DNA of 64,000 nt from an uncultured Planctomycetota bacterium. Its GTDB lineage: Bacteria; Planctomycetota; PLA2; JAEUHO01. Numbering within the stretch: the first letter of the stretch is position 1; each line of letters opens with the position of its first letter. The position numbers and the translations under genes are program-made. Shown here in pieces: positions 1-11,800 of this stretch. The notes below the pieces were generated by a model, which worked only from the letters and a program-made list of their open reading frames with translations, ran no database searches and was not told the origin of the DNA. Location of the stretch: contig CAVVXN010000001.1 of the NCBI GenBank assembly GCA_963752285.1, forward strand, positions 32,001 through 96,000. Direction: 5' to 3'.

Positions 1-458
1 CCTTCGCGGTCCCTCTCCTCGATCCGGCGGATGACGACGCCTTGGTCCGGCCGCCCCTCCGAGACCACGTAGGTCTCGGGGTGCGCGGGGTCCTTCGAGA
101 CGAGCACCACCGCGTCGGGACCCGCGGGGTCCCGCCACCAGGCCGCGATCTTGTGGGCCGAGAGCGGCAGGGACGTGGCCTGCCCCACGATCACGTCGGC
201 ATGCCTCGGTGGCTGGCGCTCCGGGAACTCGCACGGCCACCACCGGCTCACCTCCCTCACGAGGTCCGCCCACGCGACGGGGCCCGAGCGAGGCGGGGCC
301 GCGGGCGGAGGCAGGGCGCGCGCGTCGAGAGCGGCGCCGGTCTCAGGCCTTCCCCCCGCCCCGCCCGCGAGCAGGGCCCACCACGCCCACACGGCCGCGA
401 CCAGGAGCGCGCCGTTCAGGCGCCAGAGCCAGCGGCGCGCGAGGAACACGCGGAGCAC
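1..458 (-). CDS. GspC-like TM/PDZ protein, copy 1 (N-terminal part; runs off the left edge)
   Basis: Manual translation gives VLRVFLARRWLWRLNGALL...GPVAW...WWPC...WWRDPAGPDAVVLVSKDPAHPETYVVSEG, clearly homologous to 13365-14246 and 18631-19509. Confidence 0.8.
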   Translation of the reverse strand, partial: MLRVFLARRWLWRLNGALLVAAVWAWWALLAGGAGGRPETGAALDARALPPPAAPPRSGPVAWADLVREVSRWWPCEFPERQPPRHADVIVGQATSLPLSAHKIAAWWRDPAGPDAVVLVSKDPAHPETYVVSEGRPDQGVVIRRIEERDRE

Positions 459-614
459 ACGCCCACGGTAGCGCCGGCGGCTACGAAGGGGAAGGACGGC
501 TGAACGCGAGCCGAAGACGCGCGGCCCGAGGTCGGGAGGGCGCCGCTCTCGGCTCCGTTCTCCCGCACGCGGCGTCGAGGTCGAGGCGCGCCTGCGTGCG
601 CGGACCCCGGTAGA

Positions 615-1700
615 TCATCCCGCGCTCGCGGCCGAGCCAGCCCCGTACCTCTTCCTCGCGTCGTGGAGCGTCACGCTCTTCCCCGTGGCGTCCTGGAACC
701 GCCAGAAGCTCCAGCCGTTCGTCGCCATCGGCCGGCCCATGACGCGCTCCCGGACCGCACTCGCGACCTTCGAGGGATTGTCGTAGGTCCGGCCCTCCCA
801 CTCGATCATGGCGTCCGGGCGTAGCGTGGCCTCGTAGGTCGCGCCCTTGTACCTCCGGTGAAGCGAGAGCGGCGTCGCCACGAACCCGGCCTCGATCAGC
901 TGCGCCAACGTGACGCTCCTCCCGCTCGGCACGTCCGCGGTGCCTCCGGCATCCGACTTGCCGCCCGGGACGTGTTCGGCCTGGCCCCTACGCACCTTCC
1001 CGAGCGCGGCCTCGTAAGCAGGGTCGTCGAGAATGTCCCGCTTGATCACCTCTGACCGCAGGACCTGGCGGAGCTCTCGCGGCTCGACGCGGATCCCGAT
1101 CACCTTCCGTACCTCGCGCCGCAGCCCCAGGAGGACCTTGCGGTTCTGCAGCAGCAGGGCGGCGACGAGGTGGCGGCTCAACGCCTCCTGCAGATCCCGC
1201 AGTTTGACGTGCGCGCCCTTCTGGCAGCCCTCCTTGCTGAAGGCGTAGAGCCGCTCGATCTGCTGGTCGTCTTTCGGGTCGAGCGCGAGGAGGTCCAGCT
1301 CGGCCACCAGCGTCTTGTCGATCGGCTTCGCGAAGAGGACGCTGTAGAGCTGCCAGGTCACGCCGTTCGTGAGGACCAGCCACTCCACCCCCTCGTTCGA
1401 GGCGTAGCCCAGCGCCTGCTTCAGGTGCCGCTCCTTCAGCGCGAAGCCGATCGCCTTCACCTCGACGAGGTGGGTGATCTTCCCGTCGAGCTTCACGGCC
1501 AGGTCGCAAAACGTCCCCCGGATCGCGTACTCGCCCGTGAGCTCGGTGTACTTGTCGTAGCCCAGGACCTCGCTCAGGACGTCCTTCACGACCGTGACCG
1601 TATCGGCCTCGGACACGTCGCGCGACCGCTGCTGCTCGAGGATCGGACGCAGGCGCTCGAGCCCCGCATCGAACCGCTCGCGGATCTTCTTCGGAACCAT
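615..1700 (-). CDS. PD-(D/E)XK restriction-endonuclease-like protein (type I HsdR N-terminal-like) with C-terminal RAMA-like domain
   Basis: EADT...VLGYD...CDLAV...LVEVKA...QA..YA...LTNG..W nuclease signature; C-terminal L.QLIEAG...Y.A.L..D...G..Y..PS...NGWSFW pattern. Confidence 0.75.
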   Translation of the reverse strand: MVPKKIRERFDAGLERLRPILEQQRSRDVSEADTVTVVKDVLSEVLGYDKYTELTGEYAIRGTFCDLAVKLDGKITHLVEVKAIGFALKERHLKQALGYASNEGVEWLVLTNGVTWQLYSVLFAKPIDKTLVAELDLLALDPKDDQQIERLYAFSKEGCQKGAHVKLRDLQEALSRHLVAALLLQNRKVLLGLRREVRKVIGIRVEPRELRQVLRSEVIKRDILDDPAYEAALGKVRRGQAEHVPGGKSDAGGTADVPSGRSVTLAQLIEAGFVATPLSLHRRYKGATYEATLRPDAMIEWEGRTYDNPSKVASAVRERVMGRPMATNGWSFWRFQDATGKSVTLHDARKRYGAGSAASAG

Positions 1701-1910
1701 GGCCCGACCTCCCGTCGCGTAGAGTCGAGTACTACTGCGGCGCGCGTCTCCCGGTCAACCCCCTCTCCGCCTCGTGAGCCGGGCGCCCCACAAGCCGAAT
1801 CAATCACTTCTGCTTCTTAGTCAATCAGTCCAGCGCGTTCTGATGCCGTTTGATCGGTGGACGCCGCCCGGACCTTGCCACCTTGCGCCCCCGGTGCCCT
1901 ACTTCGGCGC

Positions 1911-2291
1911 GTGGCCAAGCGCCGGACCTGGACGTGGTGGGAGAAGGCCGCCGCCGAGCGGGGCCGGCGCGGCTGGTCCGTCGCCGAGCTCGCCCGCCGC
2001 GCCCACGTGGACGCGACGGCGCTCCGGCGCTGGCTTCGGGGGGAGCACGCGCCCCGGGAGGGGACGGTCGCGAAGATCGCCGCCGCCTTCGGCTGGCCGA
2101 CCGCCTACCTCGCCGACCCCGACCTCCCCTACGAGCCGACGCTCGACAAGGAGGCGGCGGCGAAGGTCGTGTCGGGCCTCTCCCCCGACGCCCTCAAGGT
2201 CGTGAACGCCCTCGCCGACCCCAAGGCCGTCGCCTTCCTCGCACGCTGCGTCGACCAGTTCTACGAGCTGCGGCGGAACCTAGGGCGATGA
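1911..2291 (+). CDS. XRE-family HTH transcriptional regulator
   Basis: GWSVAELARRAHVDATALRRWLRGEHAP...KIAAAFG; GTG start at 1911 preferred. Confidence 0.8.
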   Translation: MAKRRTWTWWEKAAAERGRRGWSVAELARRAHVDATALRRWLRGEHAPREGTVAKIAAAFGWPTAYLADPDLPYEPTLDKEAAAKVVSGLSPDALKVVNALADPKAVAFLARCVDQFYELRRNLGR

Positions 2292-2862
2292 GGGCCCACG
2301 CGACCACCGTATGGGAGCGGAGCGCGAGCACCCTTCGCCTGAGCTTCTCGGTCTTCGTGCGTCCCACGAGAGGGCCTCTCTCCCCCCCATGGCCGGGGCG
2401 GGCGCCCCGGCGGGAGAGCGGCATTCCCTCCCGGGGCATGCGGAGCGTAGCCGCGGGCGCTGCGGGAGGTCACGGCGGCAATGGGGAAGGGACGCGGCGG
2501 GAGTGTCGCACGCGTCGGAAGCGAGGTGGAACGTGACGAAGAGGTCGCATGGAATCTTCCGGCGCGGCACGGTCGCGCTCATGATCCTGGGTTTCGCCGC
2601 CGCTGCGAGCCGGCACGCTGCGGGCGGCGACGGCGCTGTCCGGCGACGGTCGGGTCGCGGTCCCGGGGCAGGGAGGGAACGTGGACAAAGCGCTGGCCCG
2701 GCTTCGCTATGGGCGGCGCGTCGCCTGGACGGGCAAGGGGCGGCGGGGCAACCCCTACCGGTACGCCGCCCTCGGTACGCTGCCGGCGGAGGGGCCGGAC
2801 ACAGCTGCCGACGGGGGGGCCAAGGCCCGCGTGTGGGCGCCGCTCCGGAGAGGGGGTGGGCG

Positions 2863-3205
2863 ATGAGGGTCTACCGCAGGAAGTACAAGGGCCCGGACGG
2901 CGCCGAGAAGCTCGGGAAGACCTACTGGGCGCTCTACTACGTCGGCGGGAAGCGCTTCCACGAGTCGCTCGGCACCCACGACAAGCGGGCGGCCGAGCTC
3001 ATCGCGAACGAACGCCTCCGCCGGGAGGAGCTCCGCCGGGCCGGCATCGAGGACCCGTTCGAACGGAGCCACGAGAAGACGCTCGACGACCACCTCGCGG
3101 ACTTCGAGAAGACGCTCCGGGCCCGCGGCGTCGTCTCACGCTACGTGGCCGACCGGCTGAAGTGCCTGCGGGACTTCTTCGCCGGGGCCGGCGCCCGGAC
3201 GGTCA
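2863..3205 (+). pseudogene. Tyrosine integrase, N-terminal (arm/core-binding) fragment truncated by an IS
   Basis: MRVYRRKY...YWALYYVGGKRFHESLGTHDKRAAE...GIEDPF...TLDDHLADFE resembles integrase N-termini; the sequence switches to antisense transposase DNA at ~3205 and no catalytic domain follows. Confidence 0.7.
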
Positions 3206-3667
3206 CGCGCACTGATCGCAGGACCGCGACGCGACAGCTCGGTCGCCAGTACCCGCGTGCTCTTGCACGTCCAGCGCAGACGGGACATTGGGTCGCCGCG
3301 CGTGCTCGGCTCGATCAGGTCCTCCAACCGGTTGGCGAGCGAGGGATCCAGGTCCCGTGCACGCTTGCGCCCGCCCCCGGGTCGTCGAATGCGGCCTTCT
3401 TCGAGCGCGACACCGTCCTCCACGTCCCGGATGCCGCGCGAGACCGTCGAGCGGGAGACCTTCGTGGCTCGCACAACCGCGGCGATCCCGCCGCGACCCA
3501 GCGCCAAGGCCTCGGCCGCAGCGAAGATGCGCTGGCTGCGCTCATCCAGCACGGCGCGCAGCATGCGGTAGCGCGCTCGAACGGCCTTGACGTCGTCGCT
3601 CGCGGTCACGCCCCATGAGATCGGATCTGCCGAGCGATTGCTTCAGTTATTTCGTAGCAGGCCCTTA
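3206..3667 (-). mobile_element. ISAzo13-family (Rhodopirellula-type DDE) transposase 5' fragment with probable left end
   Basis: ORF 3136-3609 has LDERSQRIFAAAEALALGRGG...RIRRPGGGRK...TRGDPMSRLRWTCKSTR; probable IS end near 3647-3667; C-terminal DDE part missing. Confidence 0.85.
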
Positions 3668-4025
3668 GGGCGCTGGCGTATCCGAGCGTCCCGCCGCCCA
3701 CCGCGGCGACGCGCGAGCTCGGCGCATCGCCGAGAACCGAGCACGACGATGCGTCGTCTGCGCCTGACCCCGCCTCGTTCCTTGACACCCCCGACGCGCC
3801 CCTACGGTCCGGCACCCACGTGCGCACTGCGCTCACGCGGACCGTAGCCCCGATCTCACACCGGCCGGCTGCCGAGACCTCGCGGCGGCACCGCTTTCCC
3901 GCCAGCAGGCCGCCGAGAACTCGAACGAAACGTCCCCTTCGAACTGAGAAGCAGCAGGGAAACCCGCCGCGTCGCTGTTCGAGTACTCGACAGAATTCTC
4001 CAGAAGGAATTGACACGCAACTCGG
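3668..4025 (+). mobile_element. Degenerate 3' remnant of an rve-type (IS3/IS481-like) transposase plus right-end motif
   Basis: 3668-3768 translates to ...RGDARARRIAENRARRCVVCA*, like the copies at 15477, 24660, 29336 and 29873; motif TTCGAGTACTCGACAGAATTCTCCAGAAGGAATTGACACGCA at 3978-4019. Confidence 0.6.
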
Positions 4026-4099
4026 ACACGCACCTCTGCATAGAGCCCGCGAATGGCCAGTTCAGAACGAACACGAACACAGCGCCGCTGAATGCCCCC

Positions 4100-5596
4100 T
4101 CACGGGCCGTTGGCGGTTCGGTCCAGAGCCAACCGCACTGCACGTGCAATCACTGGGTCCGGGTCCGAGACCGCCTGTTCCAACTGGCCCCTTATTCGTG
4201 AACACCTTCGCCCGTAGTTGGCGAGGGCTATGGCGGCGTCTCTTCCGAATTCGACTCCCATCGTCTTCGATCGCAACTCGTTCGCCAGCGTCTCGCAAAC
4301 CGCCGGCTCTCTATCCAAGTACCATCCCAGGTAGGAGGCAAGGTAAGCCCGCGTTCGCGGTCGGATCCTGTCCTCGTGTAGCGCTTGGCGAATGCGCGCG
4401 CTCGCGTCTTCATTCCACTCGCACACGACGAAGCGTCCTGCCGCGGACGCCGCCAATTCGTTGTCGGATAGCGCGACGTCCAGGAGGGCCGATCGAGCAA
4501 CCGACCACTGTTCCGCCAGACGCGTCAACGCGGTGAGCGCACCAGACCTGGAGTGGGCATACATGGAGCGGGCACGCTCGTCGATCATACCGCGGAGCCG
4601 GGAAACTGCGTCCTCCACGTACAGGCCTACGTGTGTGTCCGCGCGCGAGCCCTCTCTGATAAGACGAGAGAGAACCTCCTCCGGGCATGGGCGTTGTCCT
4701 GTCGGAGTGTCGAACGTACTCGCGTGGCCAACGACCCTCACGTTGGTCAGCCAAGGCGATCGGTATACGTGCTCCCCCAACCGCAACCAGCCCAGGCCCT
4801 CTCTAGTCCCAGCTTGGTGCTGAAGCGTCGACTCCCACTCCTCGCAAAGTGGAGCGACGAGTGCCACCGAGTACCCCGCCTCCCTGAGGACCCCGAGGCA
4901 ATCATCGGGTGGCCCTAGATGCCACGAGCCGACGAGTATCACGAGTTTTCGCCTCTTGGACGATCCGGAACGACAGACCTCCTCGGCTAGGAGCCTGATG
5001 CGGTCCCCATAGGTTGGCTTTGATCGCCCAGGGTAGAACCCGAACCCATGGAATGCGACGCCGTCGAGACGGGAGTCGGAGAGAAGTGACTCGTACCCCC
5101 GGCTCGGCCAACCCGTCACACTCTCCCGTAATCTTGCCAGGACTTCCCCTCCAGAAGGTCCCCCGCCCGTGCTCGTGGGGTCCCGCTGAATCATCTTTGA
5201 GAATCCCCAAGGCAGCATCTCAAGACCCACGTCCACGCCACCATCCTCATCTGCAGAAGTGGCGACCATGCCCACTACCATCGGGAGGGTCGCAGCTATG
5301 GGGGGCGCATCGTGGCGATCCGGAACGACGATGACGTCGCAACTCGCGAGATCGGCTCGAACAGCGCCTTCATCCACGACAAGCCGATCGAGGTTCTCCG
5401 TCAGTAGTCTCCTCGTGCCCTCTTGAAAAGCCGTTAGATTTTCGCAATTGGTTGAAGACCAGATCCTCATCCAATCCCAGCGATCCGGCACTTGGATCTC
5501 CTCTTGAAGAAGGAGATTCGGCGCCGGCGGCGCGGGCGCTGCCGACACGCCAGCGCCGCCGAGCACTGCGGCGAGGCAGAGCACTCTACACATCAT
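4100..5596 (-). CDS. Putative Rhs immunity protein: signal peptide, possible ChaN/EreA-like domain, C-terminal HEAT-like repeats
   Basis: Directly downstream of the Rhs; lower GC; MMCRVLCLAAVLGGAGVSA signal; DVIVVPDRH / VGLEM / LVILVGSWH motifs; SDPDPVIARAVRLAL HEAT-like end. Confidence 0.6.
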   Translation of the reverse strand: MMCRVLCLAAVLGGAGVSAAPAPPAPNLLLQEEIQVPDRWDWMRIWSSTNCENLTAFQEGTRRLLTENLDRLVVDEGAVRADLASCDVIVVPDRHDAPPIAATLPMVVGMVATSADEDGGVDVGLEMLPWGFSKMIQRDPTSTGGGPSGGEVLARLRESVTGWPSRGYESLLSDSRLDGVAFHGFGFYPGRSKPTYGDRIRLLAEEVCRSGSSKRRKLVILVGSWHLGPPDDCLGVLREAGYSVALVAPLCEEWESTLQHQAGTREGLGWLRLGEHVYRSPWLTNVRVVGHASTFDTPTGQRPCPEEVLSRLIREGSRADTHVGLYVEDAVSRLRGMIDERARSMYAHSRSGALTALTRLAEQWSVARSALLDVALSDNELAASAAGRFVVCEWNEDASARIRQALHEDRIRPRTRAYLASYLGWYLDREPAVCETLANELRSKTMGVEFGRDAAIALANYGRRCSRIRGQLEQAVSDPDPVIARAVRLALDRTANGP

Positions 5597-5709
5597 CTCC
5601 GGCGCCGAGAGCCGCAGAGCCCCAAGCGCCCCCCCCGGCAGGCGAGGCTCAGGATCGGCTTCCGCACTACCAGCGGGGGCCACGCCCCCTGCCCGCGCAT
5701 GCTCGTTCC

Positions 5710-5816
5710 CCAGGTCCGCGCTGCGAGCTTCTTCCGTGGCGTCGTCCATCAGGGAGACTCCTCACCGCGCCCATCAGGAACTCCAGGTCCGCGCTGCGAG
5801 CTTCTTCCGTGGCGTC
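5710..5816. repeat. 34-bp exact direct repeat
   Basis: CCAGGTCCGCGCTGCGAGCTTCTTCCGTGGCGTC at 5710-5743 and 5783-5816. Confidence 0.9.
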
Positions 5817-5860
5817 TGCCCCACCAAGGCCGAGGGCCTAGCCAGCCCCAAGTCACCCCG

Positions 5861-8800
5861 CTAACCATCCGGACCAGAGCCGGGCGGGGCATAAGGGGGT
5901 CGACCAGGCTTGTCCGGGTCCCAGTTCTTCCCCCTGAGCATGGGACCTTCGTATGGATTCTGTTCGCACCAATCCCACCTCCACGGAACAGGACCATCGG
6001 GGTTGGGAACCCCGATTAGGCTTCGGAGGAGTCGCTCGCCAGGGCCAAAGTGCCGCCAGAACCACCCATCCGGTAGCGGCTCTGGATACTCAGGAGATGG
6101 TGTCGGCGGCTGTCCAGGTGCGTGTGCAGCAGCTGCAGCCGCGTCCCTCTCGGCCACCTTCCCCTTCAGCTTCTCTTTCCGCTTGCGAGCCTCATGGGCA
6201 GCGACGTCTGCTTGGTTCCACTCGTCCTTCAGCTTGTCGATCTCGCCATTGAGCCTGTCGATCTCCGCGTCTCGGAATCCTTCGGGACTCAAGTTGGCCG
6301 TGGCTTCGCCCCCCGGCGGACCGAAGATGCTACCGTTCTGCCGCCTCTGACGCTCCTGGAGCTGTTCTGGATACATGGTCAGCACCTGGTGGACTTCATT
6401 CTGGAGTTCCTCGATCCGCTTTTCCGCGTCATCCCTTGTCTTGGTGGCCTCCGCTTCGTCCCGCTCGGCTTTCGCGAGCGCGTCATCGAGCTCGTCTCGG
6501 CCCGTCGGGTCACGACCCGATGCCGGCCTCGCATGTACGTACAGGTAAAGCGAAGGAACATCCCGGTACCCGATCGGGTCGCGTTGGATAAACCGACCGC
6601 AACTGGGATCGTACGTGCGCGCGCGATGGAAATAGAGCCCGTCCTCCGCGTCATACTCCCGCCCCGTGAACAGGTACGGATTCCCGACCGGGCTCTGGCC
6701 GACGACGTTCCCCTGCTGGTCGAGGATCCTGGGCTTCCCGTAGACGTCGTACGTCACCCACTCGACGACGCTCCCGCCCGGTTCCGAGAGCTCCGTCACC
6801 GACCCCAGCGCCTGCTGGTGGTAGGTGAAACGGAGCACCTCCGTCGTGTTCTGGTTCCCGTTCACGTCCGCCTGGTCGGCCCGGTCCATGACGCGTGGAT
6901 GGTCGATCCCGTCCTCGTAGACGTATCGCGCCTGCCAGACGTCGCTTCCGTCGTACTCCTCGATCACCTGCTGGCCGTCGAGCACGTACCGCGTCGTCGC
7001 GCCGCCGGACACGGCCTTCTCGACCCGCCGCCCGAGCGCGTCATAGCGGTAGGTCGCGACGACGGCCTGGGTCGCCTTCAGCTTCACCTCGACCAGCCGG
7101 TTCTCGAAGTCGTACGCGAAGAGGTAGGTCCCGTCGTCGGTCAGGTTCCCGTTGTTGTCGTGGGTCCGGGTGACGCCGCCGACCTGGGTGTACTGGTTCA
7201 CCACGTCCGAAGCGTACGTCACGGTCGAGGGCGGGGTAGGCGGCGTGGTCAGGACCTGGCTCCGGTTCCCGAGGCCGTCCATGACGTACTGGGTGTTCTT
7301 GGCGAAGGTCTGGCTCCCGGGGTTCTGCACCTCCTGGAGGGGGCTCGTCGTGTCGTAGCGGACGTCCGTCAGGCGGTACGCCCAGTCGTAGGCGTAGACG
7401 TCCCCCTTGGTGTTCCGGGCCGTTAGGAAGGTCTGGACGGCCTGGGGCAGCGTCCCGACCCACGTGGCGTCGAAGGTGTTCTGCTCCATGCGCCGGTTGT
7501 GGGCCCGATCGTAGGCGTAGGTGAACTTGTGGAGCGTCTGCCCGCTTCCGAGCTTGTGGTCGATGTCCTGGATCCGGGCGAAGCCGTCCCAGGCGTACTC
7601 GGTCGAGGTCCCGTTCTGGTTCGAGGTCGTCGCGAGCCGGCCCGCACCCTGGTACGTGAACGTCGCGATGTTCGTCCCCGCCCCCACGTCCTGGAGCGCG
7701 GTCATGCGGTAGATCGCGTCCCGCGTGTGGGCGGCCGCGAAGGCGCTCGGGTAGAGGACGCTCTGGACGCTCGAGGCGTCCGACCACGTCGTCGTGACCG
7801 ACTTCCACTTCTCCTGACCCTGGGCGTTGTAGCCCTGGCGCTCCTTCAAGAGGTTCCCCACGCTGTCCCAGGTGAGATCGTCCTGGAAGTCGTCGTCGAC
7901 GGCCGTGAGCATCCGCCCGAGGGCGTCGTACGTGAACTGCTCGAACGTGCTCCCGAGGACCCCCGTCCCACGCGTCACGCTCGCGTAGGTCTTCCGGCCG
8001 AGCGCGTCGAACGTGTTCTGGACCACCGTCCCGTTCTGATCGGTCCACTGCGACACGTTCGAGGCCGGGTCGTACTGGGTGTCGACGTACCGCGTGTCCG
8101 CGTACGTGACGCGGGTCTGGCGATCTCGCGCGTCGAACTGATACGACGTCGAATCGAAGTTGTCGTCGGTCAGGCCCGTCAATCGATCATTGCCGTCGTA
8201 CTGGAAGCTCTCCGTGATCGACTGCGTGAAGTCCTCGATCGTCTGGCCGGTCTGGAGCGCCCGCTCGTAGGTGAGGAGCCGGCTTGCGAGGTCGTATGTC
8301 CACCGGACCGGATGGGACTCGGCATCCAGCCGCCACGTCAGGTCGTTTCGGCTGTCGTAGCCGAGATTCGTCGTGAGAACGTTCTGGCCGTTCGACCGAT
8401 CGATCTCGCGCCTCTGGGTCACGCGATTGATCGCATCGTAGTCGAACTCGGTCACGAACGTCTCGCTCCCGCCCCCGGCCGGGAGGTCGGTGTGGGAGCG
8501 GGTCGTGATGTTCCCGTTCGCGTCGAGGGAGAAGTCGTCGTGGTTTCCCGTCGCGTCGAGGATCTGGACGAGCCTCGCCGCGGCGTCGAACGAGTAGCTC
8601 GTGCTGTTCGAGAGGGGATCCGTGACCTGGGTCACGAGGCCCGATGGGTCCCTCGTGACGATCGTGGTCGGCTGGCTCGGCGTCAGGTTCGGGCCGAAGC
8701 GGTCGTCAACCGTCTTCCAGAGCCGGTCCACCTCGTCGAAGTAACGCGCCGTCCGCGCGAGCAGCGCCGCCTGGCTGTCGTAGGCCTCGACCAGCGTCTG

Positions 8801-11800
8801 GTTCCCCGACTTGTCGTATTGAAACGCCCGGTACGCGCCGAGGGCGTCCGTGACGCGCGTCCGTCGATCGAAGTGGTCGTGCTCGAACGTGGTCTCGTAC
8901 GAGCGCGGGTTCTTCGAGGTCGCGAGCGAGCCGTTTAAGTCATAAGCGTATTCAAAGGTCCCTTCGACGGCACTCCCCGCGCCTGCGCGCACCTTATGGA
9001 TGAGGCGACGCTCGTCCCACTCCAGCGCAGTCACTCCGCCCTCGGGCCTCGTCACCGAGACGAGGTCGCCGCTTCCGTCGTAGGCGTATGTGGTCGTCGC
9101 GGTCGTTGTAGACGTCAGGTCCACTGTCTTTGCGAGGGGCCGTCCCACGACGTCGTAGGTGAACGACGTCTCGATCCACGGCGTCGTCGGGTCCTGTGTC
9201 CCGTGGCGGTCGACGTTCTCGACCTCGACGAGGGTCACGCGCCGGCCGGCGTCGTACGTGAGCCGGCGGCGGTAGGAGAGGGGCGACGGGGCCTGCACCT
9301 CCGTCACGTAGCCCTCCGCGTCGACGGATATGGCGGTCGTTGCCCCGCGCGCGTCCGTCACCGACACGATGTCGCCGTACTGGCTGTAGTCGAGCGTGGT
9401 CGTGAGCGCGAGCCCTGCCTGGTCCTTCGTCACCGACTGGAGGTACCCGGCGTGGGACCCTGTCGTGTAGTAGACGAAGTCGACCGTCCGGCCGGCGCCA
9501 TCGGTCGCGTTCGTGATGCGGCCCCGGCCGTCGAACGAGAACGTCTCGGTGATCGTCTGCGTGCTCGGGCTCGTCACCGTCGGCCGCTGGATCTGCGTGG
9601 TGTTGCCCTGGGCGTCGACCTGGTAGACGGTGATGTTCCCCCGCGGGTCCGTGTACTGGGACCTCTGGTTGAAGGGCCCGCCGTACTGGTAGGAGTACAC
9701 GATGTCCGTGCCGGACTGGTTCGGGGTATCCGTTTCCTTGCGCCGCACCTCGACCAGGTTCAGCGCGCTGTCGTACTGGTAGTCGGTCCGGTTTCCCGCC
9801 GGGGCGCTCACGTGCGTCACCAAACCCGTCGTCTGGTCGACCCCCATGGTGGTCACGTACGAGTTCGGCTCCCCCTGCCGAAGGCCCTTGGTGAAGACCT
9901 CCTCCTTGATCGGCACGCCGAACGTCGAGAAGGTCCACTCGGTCGTGTTCCCGGATCGGTCCACCACGGTGGTCTTCGTGTCGGACCCCATGAGGGACGC
10001 ATAGCTCATCGCGTACGAGCCGTCCCCGATCGTCTCCTTCACGACCCGATCGTAGCCGTCATAGTACAGCGTCTGGACCCCGTCGCCGAGCGGGCTCCAC
10101 ACGTGAACCAGATTGCTTGCGAGCGCGGAGTTCGTGCTGTTCCCCGTGTAGGAGAACCACACGGAGCGCCCCTGTGGGAACTGGGTAGAGGCAGGCGTCG
10201 TCACGCGCTTCAACTGCCCCATGTAGTCGTACGTGAGGGTCCAGGTCCGACCCCCGAAGTCGGTGATGCTCGAGAGCCTTCCATCCGTCCCGTACGAGAG
10301 CGTGTAGCTCCGGTTGAGAGTGTCGGTGATCGACGTCAACTGGTCGCCCGTCCACGAGTACGTGAGCGCGTTTCCGTAGCGGTCCTGGACCTGCGTCCGG
10401 TACCCGTTCTGGAAGGTGCTGGCGGTCCCAAACCGACTGGTGAGCGTCGCCGTCGTCCCTTGCACGTTGAGCGTCGAATCGTAGCGGACCGGAGGAACGA
10501 AACTTCCCCCTCCTGCCGAAGCGAAGGTGTCGGCCCGACCGTGCCCATTGAGGTAGGTCTCGTCGCCGTTCGGCTCCGTGCGAAGCCTCACGTCCTGGTC
10601 GAGCGTCCAGCCCCTTCCGTAGCGATAGTCGTAACCGATTCTCGATCGATAGGTCAGGTTCACGCCCAGGTCCATCCCCACGCCGGGGATCTTGAAGAGC
10701 GGCAGCGAGTAGACCTCCTCGGCGGTCGCGAACTCGACGCTGCAGGCAGTCGCCGGGAAGTCCTTCCGAACGTCCGGATCGGGCCAGGCGTCGATCCAGC
10801 CCCGCCCGAGGAACTCCTCGTCCATACATGCGCCGCACCCACTCGGAGTCGTCGGCTGGACCGCCGAGGAGCTCGTCTGGACGAGCCCCGTCCCCGTCCC
10901 CGTGATCGTCGGGCTCGCTCCGGGGTTCCAGAGCACGTTGTCGAGGATGGAACGCCCCGACTCGCCCGCGGCGCTCGACCCCGTGTTCGCCACGAGCACG
11001 TAGAGGTCCTCGAAGCTCCCGGCCGGGTCGATCCACGACGACCCGCCCCCGGCCGGCGGCATGTTGGGCTCGATGTTGATCCAGCCGACCTGAAGGACGT
11101 TGGCGGGGTCGGCCGCGTCGAAGTAGTAGGCGTCGGTCCCGCCGGTGAGCCCCGGACAGAAGACGGTCAGGAACTGCCCGGCCGACGTCACGTCCGAGGC
11201 CCCCACGGCCGGTCCCGTCCAGACGGGCGGCGCCGTGAACGTGAAGAAGGCCCCGGTGTAGGGGAGCTGGAGCAGATAGGCCATCCCCGTGACCGCGTCC
11301 GTCGCGGAGACGTAGGCCTCGTTGTCCAGGCTCGTGATGCCGGTGGGCACGGCCGGCGGCGGCCCCCAGGTCGGAAACGACGCGGGCGTCATGGCCGTCC
11401 GGTCGAAGAACGACACACCCACGAACCCGGGACCCGTACGGCCGAGGAGCATCAGATAGCGGGTCGCGGGGTTGCCGCTCGGCCTCACCTCGATCAGCTC
11501 GGTCGCCGTGGCGAAGGGGATGGCGGTCGCCGGAGCGAACACCCCGCCCACGAGGAACTGGTCGAGCCAGGCGCGGTTTCGGTCGTAGCCCCACGCGTAG
11601 AGCGCGCCTCCGAGCAGGTTGTCGGCCGTGATCTGGCTGTAGTTGGCCGCGGGGTTGCTGAGGGAGAGCGTCGCCACGCCGGTGGCGGGGTCGACGGTCC
11701 AGACCTGCCCGTTGTTGCAGCCGACGACGAGCTGCTGGAGCGAGACCGACCAGTCCATGTCCATGCAGGTGTTGGGCGGGATCGGGAGCGTCAGGGTCCC

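Noticed and set aside
2311..3618. 435-aa ORF as an intact integrase
   Set aside because: Chimera of a spurious N-terminal extension, an integrase fragment and antisense IS sequence; no catalytic R-H-R-Y residues.
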